Of a stretch of DNA of 64,000 nucleotides, positions 23,226 through 34,000 are shown piece by piece. The position numbers and the translations under genes were made by a program. The notes beneath the pieces are model-generated. The model ran no database searches, had not been told where the DNA came from, and was given only the letters and a program-made list of their open reading frames with translations. This stretch comes from Dipteris shenzhenensis (taxonomy: Eukaryota). Every line of letters begins with the position of its first letter. Position 1 is the stretch's first letter. The stretch lies in assembly GCA_047967505.1 (NCBI GenBank), contig CM106538.1. The stretch is one strand, 5' to 3'.

Positions 23226-24639
23226 CCGTTTTGTATTTATGTCACCGACTTGTTAGCTAGAGATGAGGTTGGTACACTGCCCACGAATAATAGCTGGATG
23301 AAAGCTATCCTTATCTACTCTAGTTTGTGGCTCAGTTAGTATGCCACCTTAGTTAGTTGAGTTTGGTTTGAGACCCACGTATAGGGTTCTTCTATTTTCT
23401 TTGTACTAGAGTTCTTTTGGCTTTCACAACTAAGAAGAGGAAAACTGTTTTCAGCCTCCACCTTTGTGTGTATTCCCCCATTGTGATTGTGAGAAAGCCT
23501 CAAGTGAGACTCCTTCCCTCTCTCCCACTATCTTCACACACTAGTCATTGAAAGACTGGGTGATGAAGCGTGTGAGGGGGTGCACCTCCAAGATTTCGTA
23601 GAGGTGGAGGTGGAAGCCCTCGAGTTGGTGCTTCCAATGGTGCATAAGTGCACTATCTGGTAGTTCTTGGAACAACTGCAAGTCGGCACCACTATACATT
23701 TTTCGGGCGGGGCGGAGGGAGGAGCTTGCAAAGCCTCGTCATCTTCAATGTGCATGGGTTACTCCTCTGCTATGCCCATTGGCATTGTATCATCAGCCAT
23801 CTAGACAAAATTGGCTGCCTTGAGCAGTGTGTTGAGAGCCTCTTCAAGAAGGTCCGCGACCGGAGCCATAGAGGAGATGGATGGGGAGGTCCCGTGCTAT
23901 GCGGTGGTTGGTGTTAGAGGCATTGGAAGAATATTTGGGCAGAGTGGTGTGAGGAAGGGGAGGTGGGAGAGGTTGGGTGGATTGTTGGGTGGGCTGGGCT
24001 AGATCCAGAGGGTGTGGTTGTGGGATTTCAGTAGTTGGGGTGGTAGAATTAAATATTGAAATGGCTTCTTGGCCTTCCTCCTCAGCTAGTTCCTCATGAT
24101 ATGCTACATGTATTGTTTCAAAATTGCTCACCAAGGACTCAAGTGAGTCTTGGAGGGCTTGTAGCACTGGGTTTAAGAGGATTATAATGTCGAGGGGTTG
24201 TAGGTGGTGGACTGGTACGCCACAAGATGCCCTTGAGATTGTATTGTGGAGACTCGACCATAGGTATGCATCCAATTAATGTCGGCTTGCAGACTTTTGG
24301 GGGTGAAGACCCACGGGATGAGCTCCTTGGGCTTTGATAATTGCATCATATCATTGTCCACAGGATAAGTATTGGACTCTATGATGATGATGCGGCACCA
24401 AGCTTGGAAATTGAGTAGAATGGGATGGGCGGCAAGAGTTTGGAGGTCAGAGGGGCAGAGAAGAGAGAGACTAGACCACCTCCATGGTGACACCTCATCC
24501 GTGCCAGTTGGGCACCCTTGCCTCTCCACAGGCACAGTCCTTCATCTGCATATGACCCATAGTGCCACATCACCAGTGTGACACCTCATCCATTTGGGAC
24601 CCCTTCTTGGACAAAGTTTGGCCTATCCTTCCGGGAGCC

Positions 24640-27164
24640 ATATCTTTTGATCCAGGAGGAATTTCATAGAGCTGTAAAAAGGAAAAAAGATCGCCAGATT
24701 GTGCTCTACATGATGAGCACCTTAGATATTCCATTTGACATTTTGACAAGCTAGAATCATTAAAACCTCATCATTGAAACCACCTTTTGATCCTTTGCAA
24801 TGCATCTAGCGATTAAAATGAATCAAGCTAAAAATCATTTGCTGCATTTATCGTATCGATGTGTATTCTAGCTATAGAATAGCATACCATAGTAGAGATC
24901 CAACTCCACCAAGCCAAGTTAGCCACCATTGCCACATTACCCAATTAGTTCCCACCAATGTTGGTCCATGCGGTTCTATCATCGGTGTACACATTCTACA
25001 CTGACACCAGCTCAGCCCCTTGGCATTTGGCACTTCATCACCCTAGTGTGATACTTGGTAGAGTTGTCCTCCTTGAATTCAAGATTGTTGCACCTTTGCA
25101 TGCACATATGCCACCCATGTATAGTCACGCTTGTTGACTATTTTTTGGCATTGGTTCCTACACATACCTCAACCTTGTATAGCCTCTTAGCTACTCCCGA
25201 CACATAGTTGTCATCATTACATTATAGGCTTAATCCTTGGCACATTGCAGTTCTCACATGACTTGGTTTTGACCGTTTAGCATAAGCCCCCAAGTGGAAG
25301 CTCTTTTATAGTGTTCTCATGGTTAGACACTCTTGCTAGTACACGGGTAAGCCTCTTGCACAAAGCACCAGACCGCCTCCAACATGGAGTTATTCTCATC
25401 ACACAGCTAATGATACACCTTTCATGACTCTGAATGAGATCTGTGAGTGGAAAGAGAACCTTCTTCAATCATTTATTGCCACAAGGTATGTACCAATGCA
25501 TGATGCCGACTCGAGCCTCATTGGTCTTGAGCAATCAGCCCACAGTTTATGATCATGCACATGTCTCGGTAAGCCCTTAGCACGAGGCACATTTGACAGT
25601 AAGTCCTTAGTACGAGGCATTCCCATCGACATTATCTCAGTCTGATTCTCAGCTACTACTACATGATGCACAGCCATCACATTTATGCATGGATCCGACT
25701 CCATGTACTATCACATCACATGCAGATACTCAGCAGGAGTTCAATTATGATCATGCAATTCTTCAATAAGTAAGTCCTTAGTACGAGGCACTCACATCTT
25801 CTGCCGCATGCAGAGATACATGCCATAGTGCATTCTACTCTTTTTGTGATTCCATTCTAGCATCCATCACTGATGCTGACATAGAGCATACCATGGCCTC
25901 AGTTCCCTTCAATAGTACAAATCAGCATATCAATCTTCAAGATGTACCAGCATCGGCTCAGTTATGCCGCATGCACGACCCATGGATCTAGTGATCACCA
26001 CCACCTCTTTCGATCAGTAGATCATTCCTCAGCATGAGGATACCTATGCATTAGTGTGGTCCTGCCCCACTGAAGTGGACATTATTAGGTTCTCAGCCAT
26101 AGCACAACCTGGGGAGACTCAATGTTTCATCATGCACTTATGGCTGTCGTATACAATCCATACTTGATGCACATCAGTGGTTGGATCCACGACTATAGAT
26201 CAGTCCCCCTACACTAGTATTTGGCACCTCATATGCCTCAGGATTGCCATACCTTGTCATTTGTATGAGCTTCTTCATCAGCAGAGTAGTGTATCATACT
26301 TGCACCTTCGGACCTACATTGGCATCCACTAAATCACTTTGTCCACATCGACTATGCGGTCTTCTTTGACCCTACATCATTCAATACAGATTATCCTTCT
26401 ACTACAGCATACCTTCAACATTGTTGCCAGTTCTTTTGGGGTGGTGACACTCTCCTATGTCACAACCTACCGGATGCCATAGCTACATCAACTAGCCTCA
26501 CATCCAAATGCCTCTTCTAAGGAGTAGCTGCACATTCCACGGTGACTTATGACATGTTCAACCTTGACATGTTCAGCACACAGCCATACAGACAATTCTC
26601 CATGCAATCATCTTTCGATTGATCAGTCTTTGATCCAAGAGGACTATATTCTTTGCAAATTTCCTTCCTCTTCCCTTCAGCCTATCTTTTGGGTTTTATT
26701 CCCAAAGGCGAAGGATGACCCACAACTTAAGAGGGGGAAATGCACATTGTGTATAGGATCGTAAGTTTTACTCATTGTACATGCTTCTGCTACGTAGTCA
26801 CTATATGCACATACTACTCTGATTTCTTTTTAGCTTTCTTATTTAGTTTTGGATGCTATCATATGCACCAAACGAAATCCACAAACAAGTCTTGTACATG
26901 CACCCTCTACTTACCCAATGCAATTTAAGAGGGGGTGTTAAAGATAGTATAAATCGCACTATCCACATAGGGCATGGGGGCAAACCCTAACCCTAAGGGG
27001 TAATTTACACTATCCACATAGGGCATAGGGGCAAACCCTAACCCTAACCCTAAGGGGTTCACATGTATATCTTCATGTTTATTGTCAATACACTTAGTGT
27101 ACATGTATCTATATCGTGTGCACTCCTCTCTCTCTCCCTCTTTAACTTCCACTATCACTGAACA
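24640..27164 (+). mobile_element. Probable degenerate LTR-retrotransposon 3' region ending in PPT plus a ~229-bp LTR (26936-27164)
   Basis: AAGAGGGGG directly followed by TGTTAAAG; candidate end ...CTGAACA after a CT-rich tract; repeated CTTTGATCCA(G/A)GAGGA motifs upstream. No partner LTR in the window, so boundaries are uncertain. Confidence 0.45.
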
Positions 27165-28149
27165 CGGTAGAGACCAACCACCTACAATGCAAGATATGAT
27201 GAGGTAAAAGGGCTACGGATAAACCTTGTTCTAAGTGATGCTAAAACCCTCAATCGTAGCAAATCTATGCATCTCAGAGCTTTGGCCACATGGAAATGAC
27301 ATGTTGCACATAAGGTTAGCTACCAGTAGATAGGATTAGATAGAAGTTGAGTCAAGGCTTGTGGTTTAGATTTGGCCACATGGAAATTCTTATCTATAGT
27401 GCTACATTAGCATACCACGTAAATAGTGCCAACTAAGCAGTCATCCCCTTACTAAGCACAATTTTTAAGATGCATGTGAATAGCCTCTACCACATCATCA
27501 ATTGCCCCTCTTCTTGATTAAAAATTTGACAAGCCATAACTTGCAATCCAAAAAGAATTTGCACTCGCTCCAAAAAGGAAAAGTGCTCATCTTTTTTAGA
27601 TCTACGCGCTTGTCAGGTCAGAATCATTATATGCAATTAGACATTGCCATTGTTCTAAAGCAACACTAAGCTCATGGTATGACCTTTGCAACAAATGGTA
27701 AAGCAATGTATAAATGCAAAAAGCATGCCAAAAGCACAAGTGCGTGAGATGACCATATCACAGAACATGGCATCCACACATAAAGGATTAAAGGCACAAG
27801 AAGAACAAAGCATCATGCATCAAGCTACATCAAGCAAAGAAGAGAATGCCATCAACGACATGTATTGAGAGGCAAAACCTTGCCACCTTTAGCCCACATG
27901 TTTGTAAATCAAACCTGACCACCTACTCGGGGGATTCACTCAATAATTTATAAGACTATCATGTGAGCTCAACATAAGAGAATATTTCATTTCATTTGTT
28001 CTTACATTTTCACAGACAGAAGGGTGCCAAAAAAGAAATCTTGGGACAAAATTGACAAATTGATAGGAAAAGGGTGCATTTTATTGATGAAAAATTCACA
28101 AATAAGGGGTTTTGTGAATAGATCTTGAACTCTCGTGATATATAGGGTT

Positions 28150-28935
28150 CATACATAGTTCAAAACTGGGGAGGACAACAATAGCCAAACATGAATCAAG
28201 CATGCAATTACTATGGGGAAGATGGCCATAGACAAGGTCCACAATGTGAGCTATGGTGCAAACATAGAGAAGAAAGAGGAATCCTAATTATCCAATACAA
28301 TGCAAGGGGAAACTTGAATCCTCCACAACAACCACTAGTAGGTGTAAACATGATCATTCTACAACCAATTATTGAAGATCCCAAGGAGAGTTTACATCTA
28401 AAAGATGTTCAGAAGGAAAAAATAGTACATATTACTCAGCAAAACACATTATTTCTTGGAGTACAAAGTAATTGCACAACATCGAGCAGCAACATAGCTG
28501 GGATAAAAGAACCTAAGGCAACTATAAAGACAATGGTAATCACAAGGTCAAAGGGAGAAAAACCCCTAGCACGACTGGGAGAAACCCTAAAAAATAAAAT
28601 CAAACCAATTGATTGGGTCGAGCAAGAAAAAGTGAGAAACCAAGCTCTAGAACAAATCCTAGAAATCAATGCATCCAAGGAGGCAAACGAGGCACAATTA
28701 CATAGAAAAGGCAAAGCCAAATCAGTTCCAACTACACTTTGACAACATTTCGACTACAAGCAGAAAGATGTGTGGCAAAGAATTACTAAAACACAAAAGG
28801 ATGGCAAAGGTGATGGATACGCCAAAATGACATATCGTAAGGGGGGAGCACAAGACACATTTGATGTACCAAAAGAAAGCCAGAGCCCAAACCACGACAA
28901 CATAGGCTCCTCAGGCAGAGAGTAAATTTCCAATC
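28150..28935 (+). pseudogene. Ty3/Gypsy-like gag C-terminal remnant (left flank of the TIR element)
   Basis: Degenerate knuckle CNYYGEDGHRQGPQC and VITRSK motif. It appears to continue after 46628 into a retroviral-type protease. Confidence 0.55.
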
Positions 28936-28961
28936 AACACTTATTTCATTAATTTTGGACT
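28936..28961 (+). repeat. Left TIR of copy B
   Basis: AACACTTATTTCATTAATTTTGGACT preceded by AATC. Confidence 0.92.
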
Positions 28962-29477
28962 TGTCAATGTACAAATTCATTTTTACATATACTTTTGGAC
29001 TAGTTTTCAGATAAAATTTAAGAAAAACCCAATCTTCAAAGCACATATAAAAACATAAAAACAAGCATTTTTATATATTTTTTTTAAGGACATGAAACTA
29101 AAATTATAAAATTTAACGCAGCCTAGATAAGTTACATGAAAAAATAAGATTCGGTTGTTGTAAACTCTCTTAATATTTAATGGTGTTAATAAACACCTTC
29201 AAAAGTTAAGCCTGAGATAAGTTACACAAAAAAGAGTGGTTCATTAATTGTAAACTCTCTTTATATTTATAATAGTGTTTAGGAAACACTTTCAAAAGTT
29301 ACAAGTGGAAGTAGCAAACTCTCACAATATTTATAATTTAGGTGTTGAAAAACACCAAAAGTTACAATAAGACTCTCATTGGAAGGCAAATTACACCAAA
29401 AGTTACAATAAGACTCTCACTGGATGGCAAATTTATTTTCAAGACTACAGCCATTCAATTTGATGAATTTTCTATTT

Positions 29478-29912
29478 TCAAGTCTTTAGCCTAAATTCAA
29501 CCCATTCAAGAGCTGAGCTCATCTCATCCTCATCGATGTAGTTAAAATTATAGAAGAGAAGTAAGGATTGATGAATTTTCTCCTACATAACACTTTGTTT
29601 CTTCCGAATGGCTTACGCTTCCTCGGGGGAAAATCTTCCATAACGAGCCACACACGAAGATATCTCACTTTGAAAGTCTACCAACTCTCTCCTATATGAC
29701 TGCAATTTATCTATTTCATTAGTAGCCATACTTATTTTTCTTTCCTCTTCCTTCTCTAAGCCCTTCTGACAAGCAAAGTCATCCTTCTCGTACTGGGTTA
29801 ATGGAGCTGGATTTTGCTTTCTCTCCTCTCTCTTTCCTTGGTTCTCGGCAATCCATTCTTTGATGCTGCTAATGGCTTGCTCGACAGAATCGATTACCTT
29901 AAAAAGATCCAT
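29478..29912 (-). pseudogene. Small predicted helical/coiled-coil protein (about 144 aa) with two in-frame stops
   Basis: MDLFKVIDSVEQAISSIKEWI...RFSPEEA*AIRKKQSVM*EKIHQSLLLFYNFNYIDEDEMSSALEWVEFRLKT*, all in one frame; both stops can be read as C>T changes from Gln codons. TATAAAT lies about 450 bp upstream (30359-30365). Confidence 0.5.
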
Positions 29913-29919
29913 AATGGCT

Positions 29920-30920
29920 GCAAGATGAAAGGAGTATGCTTGAGAAGAGGAGGTAAGGCTACGGGCAAGATGGAAGGAGCAAGCTTGAGGAGAGGAGTAA
30001 GGTAAGAAGAGTAAAGTGGAAGAAGTGTGGAGAGGAGTAAGGTAAGAAGAGTAAAGTGGAAGAAGTTTTTGCTGCGGGTGAGATATAGAAGACGAACTAG
30101 GTGAGGAAGGTAACGAGAGTGAGGAAAGATATAGAAGGAGGTGAGGAAGGTAACGAGAGTGAGGAAGGTAACTAGAGGAGGTAAGGCAAGATGAAAGGAG
30201 TATGCTTGAGAAGAGGAGGCAAGGCTGCGGGCAAGATGGAAGGAGCAAGCTTGAGGAGAGGAAGGAGCAAGCTTGAGGAGAGGAGTAAGGTAAGAAGAGC
30301 AAAGTGGAAGAAGTGTTTGCTGCAGGTGAGATATAGAAGATGAACGACTACTAGGGGATTTATAGAACTACAGATTCATAATGTGGGATGAAAGATTTAG
30401 AATAAAGAATTGGTAGAGGCTGAGATGACTAGATGCAAGACTGTAATGCGAGACATTATAAAATAAAATGATGGGATGCAAGACCGTAATGGGAGACATT
30501 TGAGACATGTAAGACAGTGATAGTACATTGAAATCTATAAAATAAAATGATGGAACACAAGAATGATATAATTAATAGAATCTCATCATGAGATATTCTT
30601 TTAATATAATATAAGTTAGTAATTATTAGAATCTCATCATGAGATATTCTTTTAATATAATATAAGTTAGACTTGCTGATGCAAGACCGTAATGCGAGAC
30701 ATGTGAGATGATAGATTTTGAGTACATTGAAATCTATAAAATAAAGTGATGGAACATAAGAATGATATAATTATTAGATTCTCAACATAAGATATTTATT
30801 GTACATAATAAATGATAGATTTTGAGTACATTGAAATCTATAAAATAAAGTCATGGAACATAAGAATGATATAATTATTAGATTCTCATCATAAGATATT
30901 TATTGTACATAATAAATTAG
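29920..30920. repeat. Short tandem and dispersed duplications (GAG/AAG-rich units, then AT-rich units)
   Basis: Repeated GGAGAGGAGTAAGGTAAGAAGAG, GAGGAAGGTAACGAGAGT, TAGAATCTCATCATGAGATATTC and GTACATTGAAATCTATAAAATAAA blocks. Confidence 0.75.
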
Positions 30921-31076
30921 ACTTTCAAAAAAGTAAAACCTAATGTATTGTAATGAATAAATATCATAAAATATCCTAATGTATTGCAACATTTAACATA
31001 AGTTTAAAAAACACTATCATTAATCAATACAAACAAGATAAAAATCTTCAAGGACTCATGTTTCTTTCTACATGTT

Positions 31077-34000
31077 TTACAACTGAATAGAGTCTGATGA
31101 GTCCTCTTGAGGCTGTGATTCTCTAAGAGTACATTGAGTCTCTACTTGTGTGGATGGTGTACATTGAGATTCTACTTCTGGTGCAATTGGGATAGACTTA
31201 ATCTCTTCCTCCTTTACAAGATGTGATGTTGTAGATGCACATTGAGTCTCCACTTCTTGTGTAGGGAGAATGCATTGAGTCTCTAATTCAAGTGTAGACT
31301 GTAATGCTTCTACTTGAGGCTGTGATACAGAAGGAGACTGAATTGTCTCTTCTTTTTCTTTGGCTCCCTCAGGTTCTTCATTGAGTCCATCATGTTGTTT
31401 CCCAATGGTAGCAGTTAGATAGTGAACAGTCTTAGCCACAAAATCTTGTAGCTCGAGCTTGGTATATGCTTCTATTGAGACATGTTCAAAAATTTCATTG
31501 AGATACAACATGAAGTTGTAGGCAATTCTCCACCCACTACTAAACATGTCTTTCTGCTCCACTGCGAGGCGTGTCTGGAAATTTGGTTGGTCTTGATGCT
31601 CCCTGATTTTCATAATCGCAGAAACTAACTTGTTTGCAAACCTGTCCATCATGACATATGACAAAGTGAATTTGTGTAGTAAATAGTAAGATGCATGTTC
31701 ATAATGATATGATAAAAGAACACTTACCTGAACACCCCGTGAAAGCCTGTAAATGAGTTGACAAACCAACAATGGTTGTCATCAAGATCCCATACTATCA
31801 GGCTCCAATGTGAACTACATCACCAATAAAGAGCGATAAGATTTATCACAATATTAAGTATTAATTGACACAATATTATAAATAAGAGAGTAAAAGAAAG
31901 ATTGAGACCATACTTACTTCTCATAGTATGGCATAAAGACAACTAGTATGCCATCCAAGTCTAAAGGTTGTAGAATTGAACAAACATCATCTACTGTCTT
32001 CTTGGTATCACTAAGTACAGCTGAAAGAAGAGAATCGAGCATACAGACGTGATTCTGTACTGATCTAGGAAAGTGAGATATAACCGTACTACTGCAGCAA
32101 TAAATAAACAAATGTTAGAAGCAGATTGAATCAAATGATTGAAGTATCAAGCCAAGAGATGTTCATATCAAACCTGAGGATGGCCATCATGACTTTGTCA
32201 TTAGCCTCTTTCAAAGGGTCAGAGAGGATTGTAACTTCCTCACTACCAAAAGTCAAAACACGAGGTTGCTTGCTAATGATGACCCTAACCTCAGAAGAGC
32301 TCCCCATTTCGTCCAATATAGCGGTTACATTAGGACAACTTATGGGTGTAGCAACCAATGTTTCCTCTGAATGCTCCACCACGTTATTAATAAATGCCTT
32401 AATGATAGATGACATAAATGCATATAGATGCAAGTCTGTATATGTCGACAATGAGGTTTCATCGCCTCTCAAATTAAAAATTTGAGCAAGGAGCAGTTAT
32501 ATCTGACTCTCCACCCACAACTGTGGTCATCATTCTGCTTCGCTGCAGGGCATGTTACATACTCTATTTGATCTTCCAAGTCACCCTCCATTTGCATAAG
32601 TGCATCTATAGCACCTACCAACTTTCGAGCAGATCTACACATCAAAATAGAAAACATAAATGAATGTGCGCATTGCATAGGATGCATCTCATTGACATAA
32701 TTATGACACAAGTAGGTTATACTTACTCTGACACACTGCCATGGATAGATGCTATTGAATTGACAAAGAAGCATTGCTTGGCTAAGATGTCCACAATTAC
32801 CAAGCTCCAATGCAAGCTGCATTATCAATTAAGAATAATTATTATTTGATATAATCCTCCACAATGTAAGAGATAAGCTAGGTAGGGATTGATACTCACT
32901 CCTCGTGATATGCAGTAAAGATAACTCGCGCCGCAGTCAAATCAATAGGTTGCAACCACTTAAAAACATCATCTATGGTCTTCTGCTTATTGCTAAGTAC
33001 ACTAGAAACAAGAGGATCGACCATATATGCACATCTTTGTATATATAAGGGAAGCTGTTGTAAAACCATACTGCAATAAAAAGAAAAGAATATTAGTTCA
33101 TTTGATCTAATGGAAATACAAAAGCATAAAGTCAGTAAAAAGTTTGTGTCAAACCTGAGGATGGCTATTATGACCTTGTCATTAACCTCTTTCTTGAAGT
33201 TTACGAGGATTGAAATGTCCTATTCATCGAATCGAAAAGTAAGAGGTTGTTCTCGAACTTGAAACCTAACTTGAAATGACTTCTCCATTTGCTGCAAGGT
33301 ATGATTATTTCTAGAGTCATCCGATGGATAGCCAGAGTAGCTTTGCTTTCTTGAGATGAGCTTTCTATATTCTCTACTCCAGCTATGCCCTCCTCATCCT
33401 CCTCCTCTCCCTTCTCCTATAAAAGGATAAAATAATTATGAGATTCAAAATTTTAAATTAATTATAAATTTAAAAAGACCTTTAAATGAATAAAGAAAAT
33501 TAAACATAAGTTTTCATACCTCTACATATCTTCGTGGTCTTTTTATGTAACCTTCAGAGGCAAGGTCAGTGTCATATCCATCTTCTTCTGCTTCCTTGCT
33601 ATCGCTGGTGTCCTCACTATTATATCCAGAGCTTTGATCATTTTCATCATCTTTCTTGCTCTCATCATACATGATCATCTCTATGTCAGCATCCTCTTCA
33701 TGTGAGATCGGACCTTTCTTATCAAACTTTATTGTGAGAGAAGCCACGGTATCAAGGTATTCCAAGCAAGCAAGGCTCTCAATAATATTTACATTGTGTC
33801 CTTTTCTAATAAGAGCTTCAAACAGATGTCCCATTCGACACAATGTGACTTCCCATCCGGACGGTAGCAAAAATTCCATCATACTAATTAAAAGATCAGC
33901 ACTTTTTGCTGGCCTTTCATAGTGATTTGCGTTGCGATGGAGGGGACTTGGATCTTCATGCTCTTCCAGCAGTAGTTGCAATCTCTTTGCATTCCCTCTT

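Larger units (their letters stand above)
17870..23538 (+). mobile_element. Ty1/copia family 1, copy 2: full length with both LTRs and TSD
   Basis: 353-bp LTRs 17870-18222 and 23186-23538 (about six differences by eye). TSD CACTA at 17865-17869 and 23539-23543, PBS TGGTATCAGAGCC at 18223, PPT GAGGGGGAG. Confidence 0.97.

Noticed and set aside
27170-28150. Possible gene or element between the LTR remnant and the Gypsy gag
   Set aside because: No ORF with recognisable motifs and no definable termini; left unannotated.
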